Positions 43,613-53,284 of a stretch of 62,810 nt of DNA are shown here, piece after piece (within the stretch, counting starts at the first letter, position 1; every line of letters begins with the position of its first letter). The position numbers and the translations under genes were made by a program. Source of the DNA: Candidatus Peribacteraceae bacterium (GTDB lineage: Bacteria; Patescibacteriota; Gracilibacteria; Peribacterales; Peribacteraceae); contig JASMHZ010000001.1 in NCBI GenBank assembly GCA_030750465.1, positions 47,203-110,012 of the forward strand. The letters run 5' to 3'. The notes beneath the pieces are model-generated. The model had not been told where the DNA came from and searched no databases. It worked only from the letters and a program-made list of their open reading frames with translations.

Positions 43613-45853
43613 TTATCTCCTAGGCGGCCTTCCGCCCCCATGCCTCGGTGGCCCCCCTTTTCCTCTTGGTGGTCCACTTCTTTCAGCTCCAGGAGGCGGC
43701 TCGGTCATTTGCTTAACAGACATTCTGGTTTTGCCATCACGCGAATCGTATTCAACACACTTGGCTTTCACCTCATCTCCGACATTCAAAATATCTTCAA
43801 CATTTTCCGTCCTCTTCCATTGAAGCTCGGAAATATGGATCATCGCATCTTTGCCTTTTAGGAATTCTACTATTGCACCAACACCGTCGATGATTCGGAC
43901 TACCTTGCAGTCATAAACTGTTCCTACTTCCGGCTTTGCGACTATCCCCTCAATCCATTCCCTGGCTTTTTGCATCATTTCTCCATCCGGAGCGGTAACG
44001 AACACAAGTCCGCTGTCTTCGATGTCGATTTCTACTCCCAAGTCACCGGTAATCTTCTGAATTGTCTCTCCTCCCTTTCCAATAACTAGTCTGATGTCAT
44101 CCGGATTAATAGTAATTGTCTCGATTCTCGGTGCACGAGGACTGAGCTCCTTACGTACTTCTGGAATTGCAGCAAGCATGGCTTTTAGAATTTCTAATCT
44201 TCCAACTCTTGCTTTCTCAAGAGCTTCATCAAATACTTGGTCCGGTATTCCTTTGATCTTTATATCCATCTGGATAGCTGTAACTCCTTTTTCTGTTCCT
44301 GTTACTTTGAAGTCCATGTCTCCTCCAAAGTCTTCCTCATCCTGAAGATCAGAAAGAACCACGTATTGTCCTTTTTCTTCGTCTGAAATAAGACCCAATG
44401 CAATTCCGGATACGGGAGCACTTATCGGAACTCCGGCAGCCATAAGAGCTAATGTTGAACCGCAGGTTGCCGCCATGGAAGAAGATCCATTGCTAGCAAG
44501 GATTTCTGTAACAGTTCGAATTGTGTACGGGAAATCTTTTTCTGATGGAAGCACGGGCTCAATTCCTCTTTGTGCCAAGCTTCCATGCCCTATTTCACGA
44601 TTGCCTACGAAAAGCCTGTTTGAAGTCTCTCCGACAGAGAATGGTGGAAAGTTGTAATGGTGGAAATATCTAAGCTCAACCTCTCCCTCCATTCCTTCAA
44701 CCAGTTGTTTGTTGCCGGGCGAACCAAGTGTGCAGGTTGTTAAACCCTGAGTTTCTCCTCTTTGAAATAATGCAGATCCGTGCACAAAGTCTGGAAGTAT
44801 ATCGACAATTGAAGTGATTTTTCTAATCTCATCTACTTTGCGACTGCTCATCCTGAGCCCCTCTTCCAGAATCAAGCGTCTGACTTCTGATTTTACAATT
44901 TTGTCGGCGAGCATCGATGCGTTTGCATATAGTTTTTCGAGTTCTTCATCCCCTTCTGCAGGAACTTTGCCAAATTTCTCCTCCAGTTTTTCTTGAGCTC
45001 CATCCAAGAACCCTGTCATGATTGCTCTGCGCTCAAGTTTCTCTAGCTTGTCCTTTATAGCCTTGTTAACAGTTGGAAGCATCCACTCTTTAAGGCAGTC
45101 ATAAGCCTCCTGATGCATGAAGGCTTCAGGTGCTTCGAATTTATCCTTGCCAATTTCCTTTTGGATATCTGCAAAGAACTTTGCAATCTTCTGTGCCCAC
45201 TTCTTTCCAAATTCAATTGCCTTCTGTATCTCTGCTTCTGGCAATTGGTTTGCGCCAGCTTCGATCATAACAATACGATCAAGCGATGCAGTTACAAACA
45301 TATCTAAATCTGACTTGGTCCTGGCTTCTCTGGAAGGATTTAAAACCAGTTCGCCGTCGATCAACCCCACTCTGACTGTTCCAAGCGGTCCTTCGGAAGG
45401 AGCGTCGCTTATTGCGACGGCTAAGTTGGCTGCATTGGCAGAAGTGATGTCGTGCTCGCTTTCAAAATCGTAACTGAGTACGGTGCAGAACATCTGTAGA
45501 TCGTTATGAATTGTCTTTGGGAACATCGGACGAAGTCCGCGGTCGATAACACGTGCGAGTAAAACATAACTGTCTGCCGGTCTTCCCTCGCGTTTTCTGA
45601 ATCTGGAACCCGCGATCCTGCCTCCGGCATAAAACTTCTCTTGATAAACGACTTGAAGAGGTAAGAAATCAACTCCCTCACGAGCTCTTTTGCTTACGGT
45701 GAAGTTGCCCATGCTTACAGTCTCGCCCATCTGGCAGAGCACAGTGGCATTTGCCTGGTCTGCGATCGCTCCGGTTTTTACAACCAAAGGCTGATCACCA
45801 AGCTCCATAGTATATTCGCGCTGGCCTTCCAGCGTAGATGTCTTTGCTGACAT
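43613..45853 (-). CDS. pnp: polynucleotide phosphorylase with Gly/Pro/Arg-rich C-terminal tail
   Basis: 746 aa with two RNase PH domains, KH and S1 domains, and the tail PPPGAERSGPPRGKGGPPRHGGGRPPRR. Confidence 0.95.
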   Translation of the reverse strand: MSAKTSTLEGQREYTMELGDQPLVVKTGAIADQANATVLCQMGETVSMGNFTVSKRAREGVDFLPLQVVYQEKFYAGGRIAGSRFRKREGRPADSYVLLARVIDRGLRPMFPKTIHNDLQMFCTVLSYDFESEHDITSANAANLAVAISDAPSEGPLGTVRVGLIDGELVLNPSREARTKSDLDMFVTASLDRIVMIEAGANQLPEAEIQKAIEFGKKWAQKIAKFFADIQKEIGKDKFEAPEAFMHQEAYDCLKEWMLPTVNKAIKDKLEKLERRAIMTGFLDGAQEKLEEKFGKVPAEGDEELEKLYANASMLADKIVKSEVRRLILEEGLRMSSRKVDEIRKITSIVDILPDFVHGSALFQRGETQGLTTCTLGSPGNKQLVEGMEGEVELRYFHHYNFPPFSVGETSNRLFVGNREIGHGSLAQRGIEPVLPSEKDFPYTIRTVTEILASNGSSSMAATCGSTLALMAAGVPISAPVSGIALGLISDEEKGQYVVLSDLQDEEDFGGDMDFKVTGTEKGVTAIQMDIKIKGIPDQVFDEALEKARVGRLEILKAMLAAIPEVRKELSPRAPRIETITINPDDIRLVIGKGGETIQKITGDLGVEIDIEDSGLVFVTAPDGEMMQKAREWIEGIVAKPEVGTVYDCKVVRIIDGVGAIVEFLKGKDAMIHISELQWKRTENVEDILNVGDEVKAKCVEYDSRDGKTRMSVKQMTEPPPGAERSGPPRGKGGPPRHGGGRPPRR

Positions 45854-46101
45854 AATAGAATTAAGGAAAGGAATACAATATCCCTTCCTCCGACAAGCTT
45901 TCCTTTAGTTCTTCTGTATATGTGGATTCACGCTCGAATCAGCTCTAAGCAAACTCAAGTGTAAACCCGCAACAGAAGATAAAGCAGAGGAAGGAAGGAA
46001 CTGGGACGAGTATATCTTATTTAACTTGAAATAAAAGAGTAATCATCTAATTATTATCAACGTAATCTGCATTTTAAAAAAAGCTTGCCTAAGCCAAATG
46101 C

Positions 46102-48000
46102 TCAAGATTTCATCAAATCTTCCAAAGTATCTCCAAACAGCTTAAATCCATCCGTAGAAAAAATCGAATCTGCATGGAACTGGAAGCTTGCAAAGTGCGA
46201 ATTCCTCATTGCATGCACTTCTCCGGAGTTTTGATCGTAAGCCATCTCGACATCAGCAATTTCTTCGTACTGGGCAGCAAATGAGTTGTAGAAACCAACT
46301 CTCTGTTTTTCTCCATCAAAGTAATCGATTACCTTCTGAACACCCTGTGAAGGATCATCTTTCTTATTTATCTTCAAACCAAGCTCTCTGCAAAGCATTT
46401 GATGACTTAAACATTCTGCAAAGAACTTTTTGCCTGATGATTTCAGTTCGCTGACAATTCGACTTAAGCGTGCCATCTTAGGATTATTCATATCATTCGG
46501 ATCTCCCGGACCCGGGCCTACTATCACAAGATCTGAATTGTCACCCGCAACCTCGTAATCTGAATATTTAACGACTTCCGCGGTAACGCCAAGGCTTTTG
46601 ACCATGTGCTTGAGCGTGTATGCAAAATCATCTCCATTATTGATGATTGTAATCTTCTTTTCCTTTAGAGCATCCCTCGTATTATCAACATGCTCCTGAT
46701 TTTCCATCAGGTATCTATTAAAGAGCTCGTTTCTTTCCGCAAGAATTCGCTGAATCTCTGGATCCTCAAGAAGCTTAGCAATCGAAGACTGCGGCTTTGT
46801 GCCGTTCTTATTCTTTAAGCACTTAAGCAGTGCACCAGCTTTTGCCTGAGTCTCTTTAACTTCTTCTGCAGGGACAGAGTCTCTGACCAATGTGGCTCCA
46901 GCTGGGATGCTTATCTCTCCATCTTCCGCATTAATAGTCGCTGTTCTGATTGTGATTGCACTATCCAACACATTTTCCCCATCTCCGTCGCGCCCCATCA
47001 TAACAAGCGCACTTGCATAGTAGCCTCTGGATGCCTGCTCGTACTTATAAATAATTTCGCTAACTGCGTGCCCCATCGGACTACCTGTGACAGTAGGTGC
47101 AAACATGGATCTGCGAAGAAGATCAATGATGTCTTTGTCGCTCATTCCTTCAAGCATGTATTCCGAATGTCCCACATTGCTCATTTCCCTGATGCTCGGA
47201 CCTATGGACTCTCCCCCCTTTTCACACATTCTCGACACCATCTTGAACTCTTCATCCCAAACCATCGCAAGCTCCATTATCTCTTTGTTATCCCGGAGGA
47301 ACGCAATTAATTGATCTCTGGTTACAGGTTTTCCGTTCTTTCTGACGGTTCCACTGATTGGAACCATCTGCACTTGTTTCTTTTTAACTGATAAATGCTT
47401 CTCCGGTGAAGCACCAACTATGTATCTTTCACCGTCATACATTACATAAGACATATAGCTTCCATACTCCGTTTCAAGAATTGTTCTAAGGACGCTAAGA
47501 ACCACTTCGCGAGAAATATTCAAAATCTTTCCCTTATAAACGTTTGGAATTACAAAGTTTGCTCCTTCTCCGTTTCCAATCTCATCTTCCAACACTTTTC
47601 TGATTAACTCCTCATATTCATCAAGAGGAATTGTCGGTTCAAGTTCGTTTCCGCCTTCAAGCTCCAGATCTTCCCTTGGAATTCTTGCACAAACTTTCGC
47701 CACAGACATTCTTGTCTGTCTTTGTATTTCAATTGTAGAAATTTTCTCACCACCATCATGCACTCTATATCCTTTTTCTTTTACCTGGCTAAACGGAAGT
47801 ACGCTGATCGTGTCGAATTCTTCATCACCATTATCAGTTTTCCCCGTTTTTCTGGGAATCTGTTCAAGAAGATCATGCTGACTCGTCTCACCTTCCAAAA
47901 GCATCACTTCATCTTCCCCCTCGCGCATAACCATTGCGAATGGCTGGTCGCCACCTATGATTCTGTCTAATGCCGCTGATGGTGATTTAGATAAAGACAT
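46102..48000 (-). CDS. fused chorismate-utilising enzyme + class I glutamine amidotransferase (TrpE(G)/PhzE-like anthranilate synthase family)
   Basis: 632 aa. The N-terminal chorismate-binding domain has ..TVTGSPMGHA..RGYYASAL..ITIRTA..AGATLVRDSVPAEEVKETQAK. The C-terminal GATase has CLSHQ (the Cys nucleophile) and FQFHADS. Confidence 0.85.
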   Translation of the reverse strand: MSLSKSPSAALDRIIGGDQPFAMVMREGEDEVMLLEGETSQHDLLEQIPRKTGKTDNGDEEFDTISVLPFSQVKEKGYRVHDGGEKISTIEIQRQTRMSVAKVCARIPREDLELEGGNELEPTIPLDEYEELIRKVLEDEIGNGEGANFVIPNVYKGKILNISREVVLSVLRTILETEYGSYMSYVMYDGERYIVGASPEKHLSVKKKQVQMVPISGTVRKNGKPVTRDQLIAFLRDNKEIMELAMVWDEEFKMVSRMCEKGGESIGPSIREMSNVGHSEYMLEGMSDKDIIDLLRRSMFAPTVTGSPMGHAVSEIIYKYEQASRGYYASALVMMGRDGDGENVLDSAITIRTATINAEDGEISIPAGATLVRDSVPAEEVKETQAKAGALLKCLKNKNGTKPQSSIAKLLEDPEIQRILAERNELFNRYLMENQEHVDNTRDALKEKKITIINNGDDFAYTLKHMVKSLGVTAEVVKYSDYEVAGDNSDLVIVGPGPGDPNDMNNPKMARLSRIVSELKSSGKKFFAECLSHQMLCRELGLKINKKDDPSQGVQKVIDYFDGEKQRVGFYNSFAAQYEEIADVEMAYDQNSGEVHAMRNSHFASFQFHADSIFSTDGFKLFGDTLEDLMKS

Positions 48001-48012
48001 AATTAATTAAGT

Positions 48013-48047
48013 AAAAAAACACTTAGAATTGAACAATGCTCAATTCT
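48013..48047 (-). terminator. intrinsic terminator 12 nt upstream of the trpE(G)-like start
   Basis: Minus strand AGAATTGA-GCATTGT-TCAATTCT, then AAGTG and TTTTTTT. Confidence 0.55.
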
Positions 48048-48052
48048 TTAAA

Positions 48053-48127
48053 TTAGTTCCACCAGCTACTACCCATTGATGCTAACAACGTGTTGCTTAC
48101 AGCCGGTTCTGACAAGGTAGTAATCAT
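48053..48127 (-). CDS. candidate Trp leader peptide (24 aa)
   Basis: ATG ATT ACT ACC TTG TCA GAA CCG GCT GTA AGC AAC ACG TTG TTA GCA TCA ATG GGT AGT AGC TGG TGG AAC TAA translates to MITTLSEPAVSNTLLASMGSSWWN. Confidence 0.55.
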   Translation of the reverse strand: MITTLSEPAVSNTLLASMGSSWWN

Positions 48128-48185
48128 GTACTGTTACATCATTACATGACTTTTACGTTAAATCAAGTATTTTCTATAAAAATAT

Positions 48186-48470
48186 CTAATTTTTGCCCAA
48201 TTTCTTTAAGAAATGCTTAAATCCCCCTCCACCATACTGCAGCATTCTGGATCCTCTGGTGATTTTACTTATTGATATTCCAAGATCCTCCGAAATCTTT
48301 CTTTGAGGCACCCCTTTTGAAAGTTTTTGTACAAGTTGCCACCTTTCGGCAATAGAAGCGAGTTCCTGCGGAGTTAAGATATCCTTAAGAAGCTTTTCCG
48401 CTTCACGTTCTGTGTCTACAGAGGCAAAGAGTTTATATAGATCAGCCAAATGAGAAGGTGGAACAGACAT
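48186..48470 (-). CDS. TrpR-like YerC/YecD family DNA-binding protein
   Basis: 94 aa. ..LLKDILTPQELASIAERWQLVQKL..GVPQRKISEDLGISISKITRGSR.. is the YerC/YecD Trp-repressor-fold signature. Confidence 0.8.
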   Translation of the reverse strand: MSVPPSHLADLYKLFASVDTEREAEKLLKDILTPQELASIAERWQLVQKLSKGVPQRKISEDLGISISKITRGSRMLQYGGGGFKHFLKKLGKN

Positions 48471-48543
48471 TCAACTGAGGAGTCTACATTACCCGAAACA
48501 TGTGATAAATAGATTTTCTACTTTATATATCTGACCACCTACT

Positions 48544-49179
48544 TTACAGCTTGCAGATACACGCAAGTGCATTCACAAGTTGTGATGAAAAGTCTGTATC
48601 CATATTAAAATAATCAAAACCGAACTTCTCTGAATCTTCCCTTGTTGCTTTCCCATGCAATGCTGTTATATGTGCATACTTCTTTTGTGTCTCCTTATTG
48701 GAATCTTTCAACAGCCAATCATTATTAGGAGCACCTTCTTCCCAGCCTGCTACAATGGACCTTTCGTCTTCTTTTAAAAGGAATACTGCTCTTACAGACA
48801 TAGAATTTTCTTCGTTTAGGAGTTCGTTGAGAAAATTAGGAGTGATCTGATAACCCTCAATAACTATGTTATCTCTCAATGAGATTCCATAATTGACCAT
48901 AGCTTTGATACTCTCCCATGTTGATCTTCCTTGATCAACATACGCTGCAACAATTTGCTCTGCACTATATTTCTGTACTAGGACTGCATTGTCTCGGTTG
49001 GTTTCATTTCTCATATGTGAAAATGGCCTCATGGCTTTCTCCTTTTCCGTTGGATAAAACTCTGTAATTGCAGCTTCAACGAAGTCCATCGGCAGTATTC
49101 GAGCTCCTACCTTTTCAGCTACCATTGATGCGAGCATTGTTTTTCCCGATCGTGATGGCCCTCCTATGAGATAGATCAT
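48544..49179 (-). CDS. P-loop NTPase/kinase-like protein (2-phosphoglycerate-kinase/zeta-like, tentative)
   Basis: 211 aa with Walker A GGPSRSGKT at the N-terminus. Confidence 0.55.
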   Translation of the reverse strand: MIYLIGGPSRSGKTMLASMVAEKVGARILPMDFVEAAITEFYPTEKEKAMRPFSHMRNETNRDNAVLVQKYSAEQIVAAYVDQGRSTWESIKAMVNYGISLRDNIVIEGYQITPNFLNELLNEENSMSVRAVFLLKEDERSIVAGWEEGAPNNDWLLKDSNKETQKKYAHITALHGKATREDSEKFGFDYFNMDTDFSSQLVNALACICKL

Positions 49180-49191
49180 GCATGTATGATA

Positions 49192-49458
49192 CTACTTCTT
49201 CAACTTATTCGCTTCCACAACATTCTGATACTCATTCGGATCATGCATCTTTAAGTATGTAAGGAGCCTTCTCCTCTGTGCAACTTTGCCGAGTAGTCCC
49301 CTTCTTGCTGATTGATCTTTCTTGTGATCCTTCAAATGCTTTGTAAGTTCCAAAATTTCCTTTGTGAGGATCGCAATTTGTACCTGAGGCGAACCTGTAT
49401 CTTTTTCGTGCATTCGATGTTTGGTAATCACTCTCTTTTTGATCGTTCTCTTTAACAT
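49192..49458 (-). CDS. rpsO: 30S ribosomal protein S15
   Basis: 88 aa. ..DTGSPQVQIAILTKEILELTKHLKDHKKDQSARRGLL..RRRLLTYL. Confidence 0.93.
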   Translation of the reverse strand: MLKRTIKKRVITKHRMHEKDTGSPQVQIAILTKEILELTKHLKDHKKDQSARRGLLGKVAQRRRLLTYLKMHDPNEYQNVVEANKLKK

Positions 49459-49725
49459 ATTCTATGGGGGCAAGGCAAAAAAATTCGCGCCGGGCTCTTC
49501 GGTGGGTTAAACCAATCGGAGAGCGAGGACAGTTGTAAAGTCTAGTAATAACGCAGATTTATGCAAGTCTTTTGCTGAGTTTTATAAGGAAACAGAAGAA
49601 CCAGAAGAGTCAGAGGAACCAGAGGAGATCCTCTGTTTCTTCTGTTTCATCTGACTCCTCTGTTTCTTTGAGTGGACTTATGTCCACCCTATGCTAACAT
49701 AGGTTCCTCTATTACCAATTCTCAT

Positions 49726-50886
49726 ATGACCGGTGTCTACATTCTCTTGGGACTCATTCTAATTACTTCCGCTTTTGCCGCCTGGATCTCATTTAGTTCA
49801 AAAACTGACGGTGATCCGAGGCTGAAAGCTGAACTTGATAGAAGAATGGAAGAAATAGGAGAACTTAAGAAAGCAATCCAGCAGATGCAATCGGAGAAAG
49901 ATGAGATGTCTGGCAAAGGGAAACAACTTTATGACAATTACAAAAATTTGGAGGCTGACCTTAAGGCGCTTACTAAAGAAAGAGACGGACTGGAGAAGCA
50001 ACTTGCCAAATATGAAGCTCACGAAGAACAGCTTGAACAGAAGCAAGAAGATAAAATGGCCAAGCTGGAGTCCGCAGAGAAGGCATTGCTGGATGAGAAA
50101 GCTCGAATCAGAAGCGAGGATGAAGAGAGACTGGAAGAAGAAGAGGCTGAACGAGATAGAATGTGGGCCGAACATGAGATAAGCGTCGTTTCATACCTGA
50201 CTGACCTTTGTAAGAAGCCTCAATATGCATTCACTTCGTATGACAACACGACTCTTCCCGAGGAAGAAGGCTTCAAAGGCCACTTCAAACCGGACTTCGT
50301 GATTTCATTTCTGGAACAGTTCGTTATTTTTGATGCGAAAGTCTCTAAGTCTGAGAATATTTCTAAATATATTCAGGACAATGTGAAATTAACTGCAAAG
50401 AAAGTTAAAGGAAAAGATAATATTTACCCAACTGTGTTCTTTGTTATACCGGCTGAAGCCATGAAGGAGTTGAAACAGACTGCGTACTACGAAGACGGCT
50501 TCACTTTCTATGCCGTATCACCGGAATCACTTGCTCCCATCCTCGCAATCTTCAAAAAACTGGAAACTTATGAGTTCGCACAAGAAATGGATCCTCAGGA
50601 ACGTGAAAATATCATCGAACTGCTCGCACAACTGGACTTCCACATCTCCACCCGCAATGCTGTGGACTTTCATCTGATGCAACATGGCCTTGCAACCATG
50701 TCCAAGGCAAACGATCTGGATCCGGAACTGAATAAGGAGGTCGCGATCAAGAAAGCAAAGATCAGACACTTGAACTTGACGGGTTCTGAGCATAAACAGC
50801 TGACTGATAATCCGGAGCTTGTTAAAGAGAGGCTTCTGGAGCTTACTGAACCGAAGGCTAAGCTTAAGAAGGATGAGCTAAGGTAG
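49726..50886 (+). CDS. rmuC: RmuC-family DNA recombination protein
   Basis: N-terminal TM helix, a long coiled coil, and a C-terminal nuclease-like core with PDFVISF..FVIFDAKVS. ATG 49726 is preferred. Confidence 0.7.
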   Translation: MTGVYILLGLILITSAFAAWISFSSKTDGDPRLKAELDRRMEEIGELKKAIQQMQSEKDEMSGKGKQLYDNYKNLEADLKALTKERDGLEKQLAKYEAHEEQLEQKQEDKMAKLESAEKALLDEKARIRSEDEERLEEEEAERDRMWAEHEISVVSYLTDLCKKPQYAFTSYDNTTLPEEEGFKGHFKPDFVISFLEQFVIFDAKVSKSENISKYIQDNVKLTAKKVKGKDNIYPTVFFVIPAEAMKELKQTAYYEDGFTFYAVSPESLAPILAIFKKLETYEFAQEMDPQERENIIELLAQLDFHISTRNAVDFHLMQHGLATMSKANDLDPELNKEVAIKKAKIRHLNLTGSEHKQLTDNPELVKERLLELTEPKAKLKKDELR

Positions 50887-50940
50887 ACGATCGATTTTAT
50901 CGAATAAATTTCACCACAACGTTGCGACAATTGATAAGAT

Positions 50941-53217
50941 ATGCCCGTGCCAAAATCAGATCCCATCTTCTCGCCCCTAAACGAACCTCAAAAGAAGGCG
51001 GTCGAGCATACAAATGGGCCGCTTCTGATACTTGCAGGTGCTGGGAGTGGGAAAACAAGGGCTCTGACGCATAGGATTGCAAGACTGATGCAGGACGGGG
51101 TGAAGCCTTGGCAGATTTTGGGCGTTACATTTACAAACAAAGCCGCGAACGAAATGAAAGAGCGCATAAAAAACCTTCTTCACATCACTCAAGGAGAAGA
51201 TCTAAGTGAAGTTGGAAAGAAATCCGCGAAGTTACCTGTGATGGGAACGTTCCACTCGGTATGTGCAAGAATTCTTAGACGTGATTATGAACATTTGGGA
51301 CGCGATAGGAACTTTGTTATCTATGATCAAAGCGATCAGGAAAGAATGATGAAAGAAACTATGAGAGAAATGGGAATAGATGTTAAGGAGCTTAAGCCCA
51401 GAGCAGTACTTGGCTACGTTGGACGATTTAAATGCGAAGCTGTGTACCCAAAAGAGGCACAAAGAGACGCAACATCGGATCGAATGCAGAAAGTTATCGA
51501 TTGTTATGCCAAGTATCAGGGCAAACTAAAGGAGGCTAACGCTTTGGACTTCGATGATTTGATATTGGAAGCTGTCAGACTGTTCCACGAAGTGCCGGAG
51601 GTGCTGGATAGATATCAGGAAATGTGGAGGTACTTGCATGTTGATGAGTATCAGGACACTAATCACTCTCAATACCTGTTTGTGACACTGCTTGCAAAGA
51701 AGTACAGGAACTTATGTGTGATAGGAGATCCGGATCAGTCGATATACGCTTTCCGAGGTGCAGACATCAGAAACATTCTGGAATTCGAGAAAGACTACAA
51801 AGAAGCTGAGCACATCAAGCTCGAACAGAACTACCGTTCGACACAATTGATATTAACTGCGGCAGACGGTGTTATTGAACCTAATCCCAATAGACCCAAA
51901 AAGAAAATGTGGACTGAGCAGAAGGAAGGACCGAAAGTAACAGTGCATGAAGTGGAAGATCAGAAAGCGGAAGCAATGGAAGCTATCAAAAAAGCTGAGG
52001 AACTTAAGAAGGAAGGCTTGAGCTTGAATGATCAAGTGATTTTGTATAGGACGAATGCACAATCTAGACTTTTTGAAGAAGCATGCATGCGTGCGGGACT
52101 CCCCTACCGCATTGTCGGAGGTGTAAAGTTCTATCAGCGCAAAGAAGTTAAGGATGTTCTCGCCTATCTTTATGTAATTTTGAATCCTTACGACACAATT
52201 TCACTTCTGAGGATTATTAATGTCCCTTCACGCAAGATTGGTAAGACTACCATTGCAAAAATTCAAGCTTTTGGAGCTAATGAAGGTATGCCTTTGTGGG
52301 ACTGCTTAAGTAATGTGGAGAAAATTCCGGATTTGAACGAAGCAACTGCAAACAGACTCTATAAATTCGTGGAGTTGATAGAAAAACTCAAGGAAGTCAG
52401 CCAACATGAGAACGTTTCTCATCTGACCTCCCAGCTTTTGGAAGCTGTGGATATGGAAGGATGGCTACGCGACGATACTGAAGAGGGTGAAACACGATGG
52501 GAGAACGTTAAGGAACTCACAACCGTAATGAAGAAGTACGACACTCTTGATCCGGAGACATCACTGACTAGTTTCTTGGAAGAAGTCGCTCTTGTTTCCG
52601 AAGTTGATAAGCTAAATGATGCCACTGACGATGCTTTAACTCTGATGACTCTGCATTTATGCAAAGGACTTGAGTTCGAACACGTGATGGTAGTCGGATG
52701 CGAGGAAGGATTGTTCCCTCATGCAAACAGTTCGTTCGATCGAGAGCAATTGGAAGAGGAGCGCAGGCTGATGTATGTGGGAATGACGCGAGCAAAGAAG
52801 CACTTGGACATTATGTTCGCTCGCGAGAGAATGCTTTGGGGTGAAACTCAAGCAAATGCACCCAGCAGGTTCCTCGATGACTTGCCGGAGGATGTAATTG
52901 AAAGGAGATCTGACGATATGCTCTCTGTATTTGCATGGGTTTCGGAAAAAGGAAGACAGAAAGCTGTTAAAGGAGAAGTGGAAGAAATAAAAAACCGCCA
53001 GCATTTGAATGTTGAGTTCAATCAAGACGTCGGTGCAGACGAGCTTGATGTGAATCAGGACATCGGACATGAACTCGAGGAAGACATGCGCATAGAACAT
53101 CCCGTATTTGGCACGGGAATCATCACCAAAAAGCGTGGAGACATAGTGGATGTGCGGTTTGATAATGGAGAGAGGAAGAGTTTCGCACTTAGCATAGCTC
53201 CTCTGAAGCCACTTTAG
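50941..53217 (+). CDS. pcrA: ATP-dependent DNA helicase PcrA/UvrD
   Basis: 758 aa with SF1 motifs AGAGSGKT, TFTNKAA, DEYQDTN, GDPDQSIYAFRGA, YRS and VGMTRAK. Confidence 0.92.
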   Translation: MPVPKSDPIFSPLNEPQKKAVEHTNGPLLILAGAGSGKTRALTHRIARLMQDGVKPWQILGVTFTNKAANEMKERIKNLLHITQGEDLSEVGKKSAKLPVMGTFHSVCARILRRDYEHLGRDRNFVIYDQSDQERMMKETMREMGIDVKELKPRAVLGYVGRFKCEAVYPKEAQRDATSDRMQKVIDCYAKYQGKLKEANALDFDDLILEAVRLFHEVPEVLDRYQEMWRYLHVDEYQDTNHSQYLFVTLLAKKYRNLCVIGDPDQSIYAFRGADIRNILEFEKDYKEAEHIKLEQNYRSTQLILTAADGVIEPNPNRPKKKMWTEQKEGPKVTVHEVEDQKAEAMEAIKKAEELKKEGLSLNDQVILYRTNAQSRLFEEACMRAGLPYRIVGGVKFYQRKEVKDVLAYLYVILNPYDTISLLRIINVPSRKIGKTTIAKIQAFGANEGMPLWDCLSNVEKIPDLNEATANRLYKFVELIEKLKEVSQHENVSHLTSQLLEAVDMEGWLRDDTEEGETRWENVKELTTVMKKYDTLDPETSLTSFLEEVALVSEVDKLNDATDDALTLMTLHLCKGLEFEHVMVVGCEEGLFPHANSSFDREQLEEERRLMYVGMTRAKKHLDIMFARERMLWGETQANAPSRFLDDLPEDVIERRSDDMLSVFAWVSEKGRQKAVKGEVEEIKNRQHLNVEFNQDVGADELDVNQDIGHELEEDMRIEHPVFGTGIITKKRGDIVDVRFDNGERKSFALSIAPLKPL

Positions 53218-53225
53218 GGAGGGGT

Positions 53226-53284
53226 CGCCCGCCACGGGGGGTGAAGGGGCTAGCGAGTGGGGATTGGCGGGCGTTGATTTTTTC
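53226..53284 (+). terminator. G-rich long-loop hairpin terminator after pcrA
   Basis: CGCCCGCC (53226-53233) .. GGCGGGCG (53267-53274) followed by TTGATTTTTT. It is about 90% identical to 62679-62738. Confidence 0.55.

Noticed and set aside
48056-48075. GCUGGUGGAAC resembles the T-box UGGN/ACC core, so I considered a Trp T-box riboswitch upstream of trpE(G).
   Set aside because: I could not find a Stem I, specifier loop, GA/K-turn or AG bulge, and the leader is only about 185 nt. The UGGUGG is better explained as tandem Trp codons of a 24-codon leader ORF.
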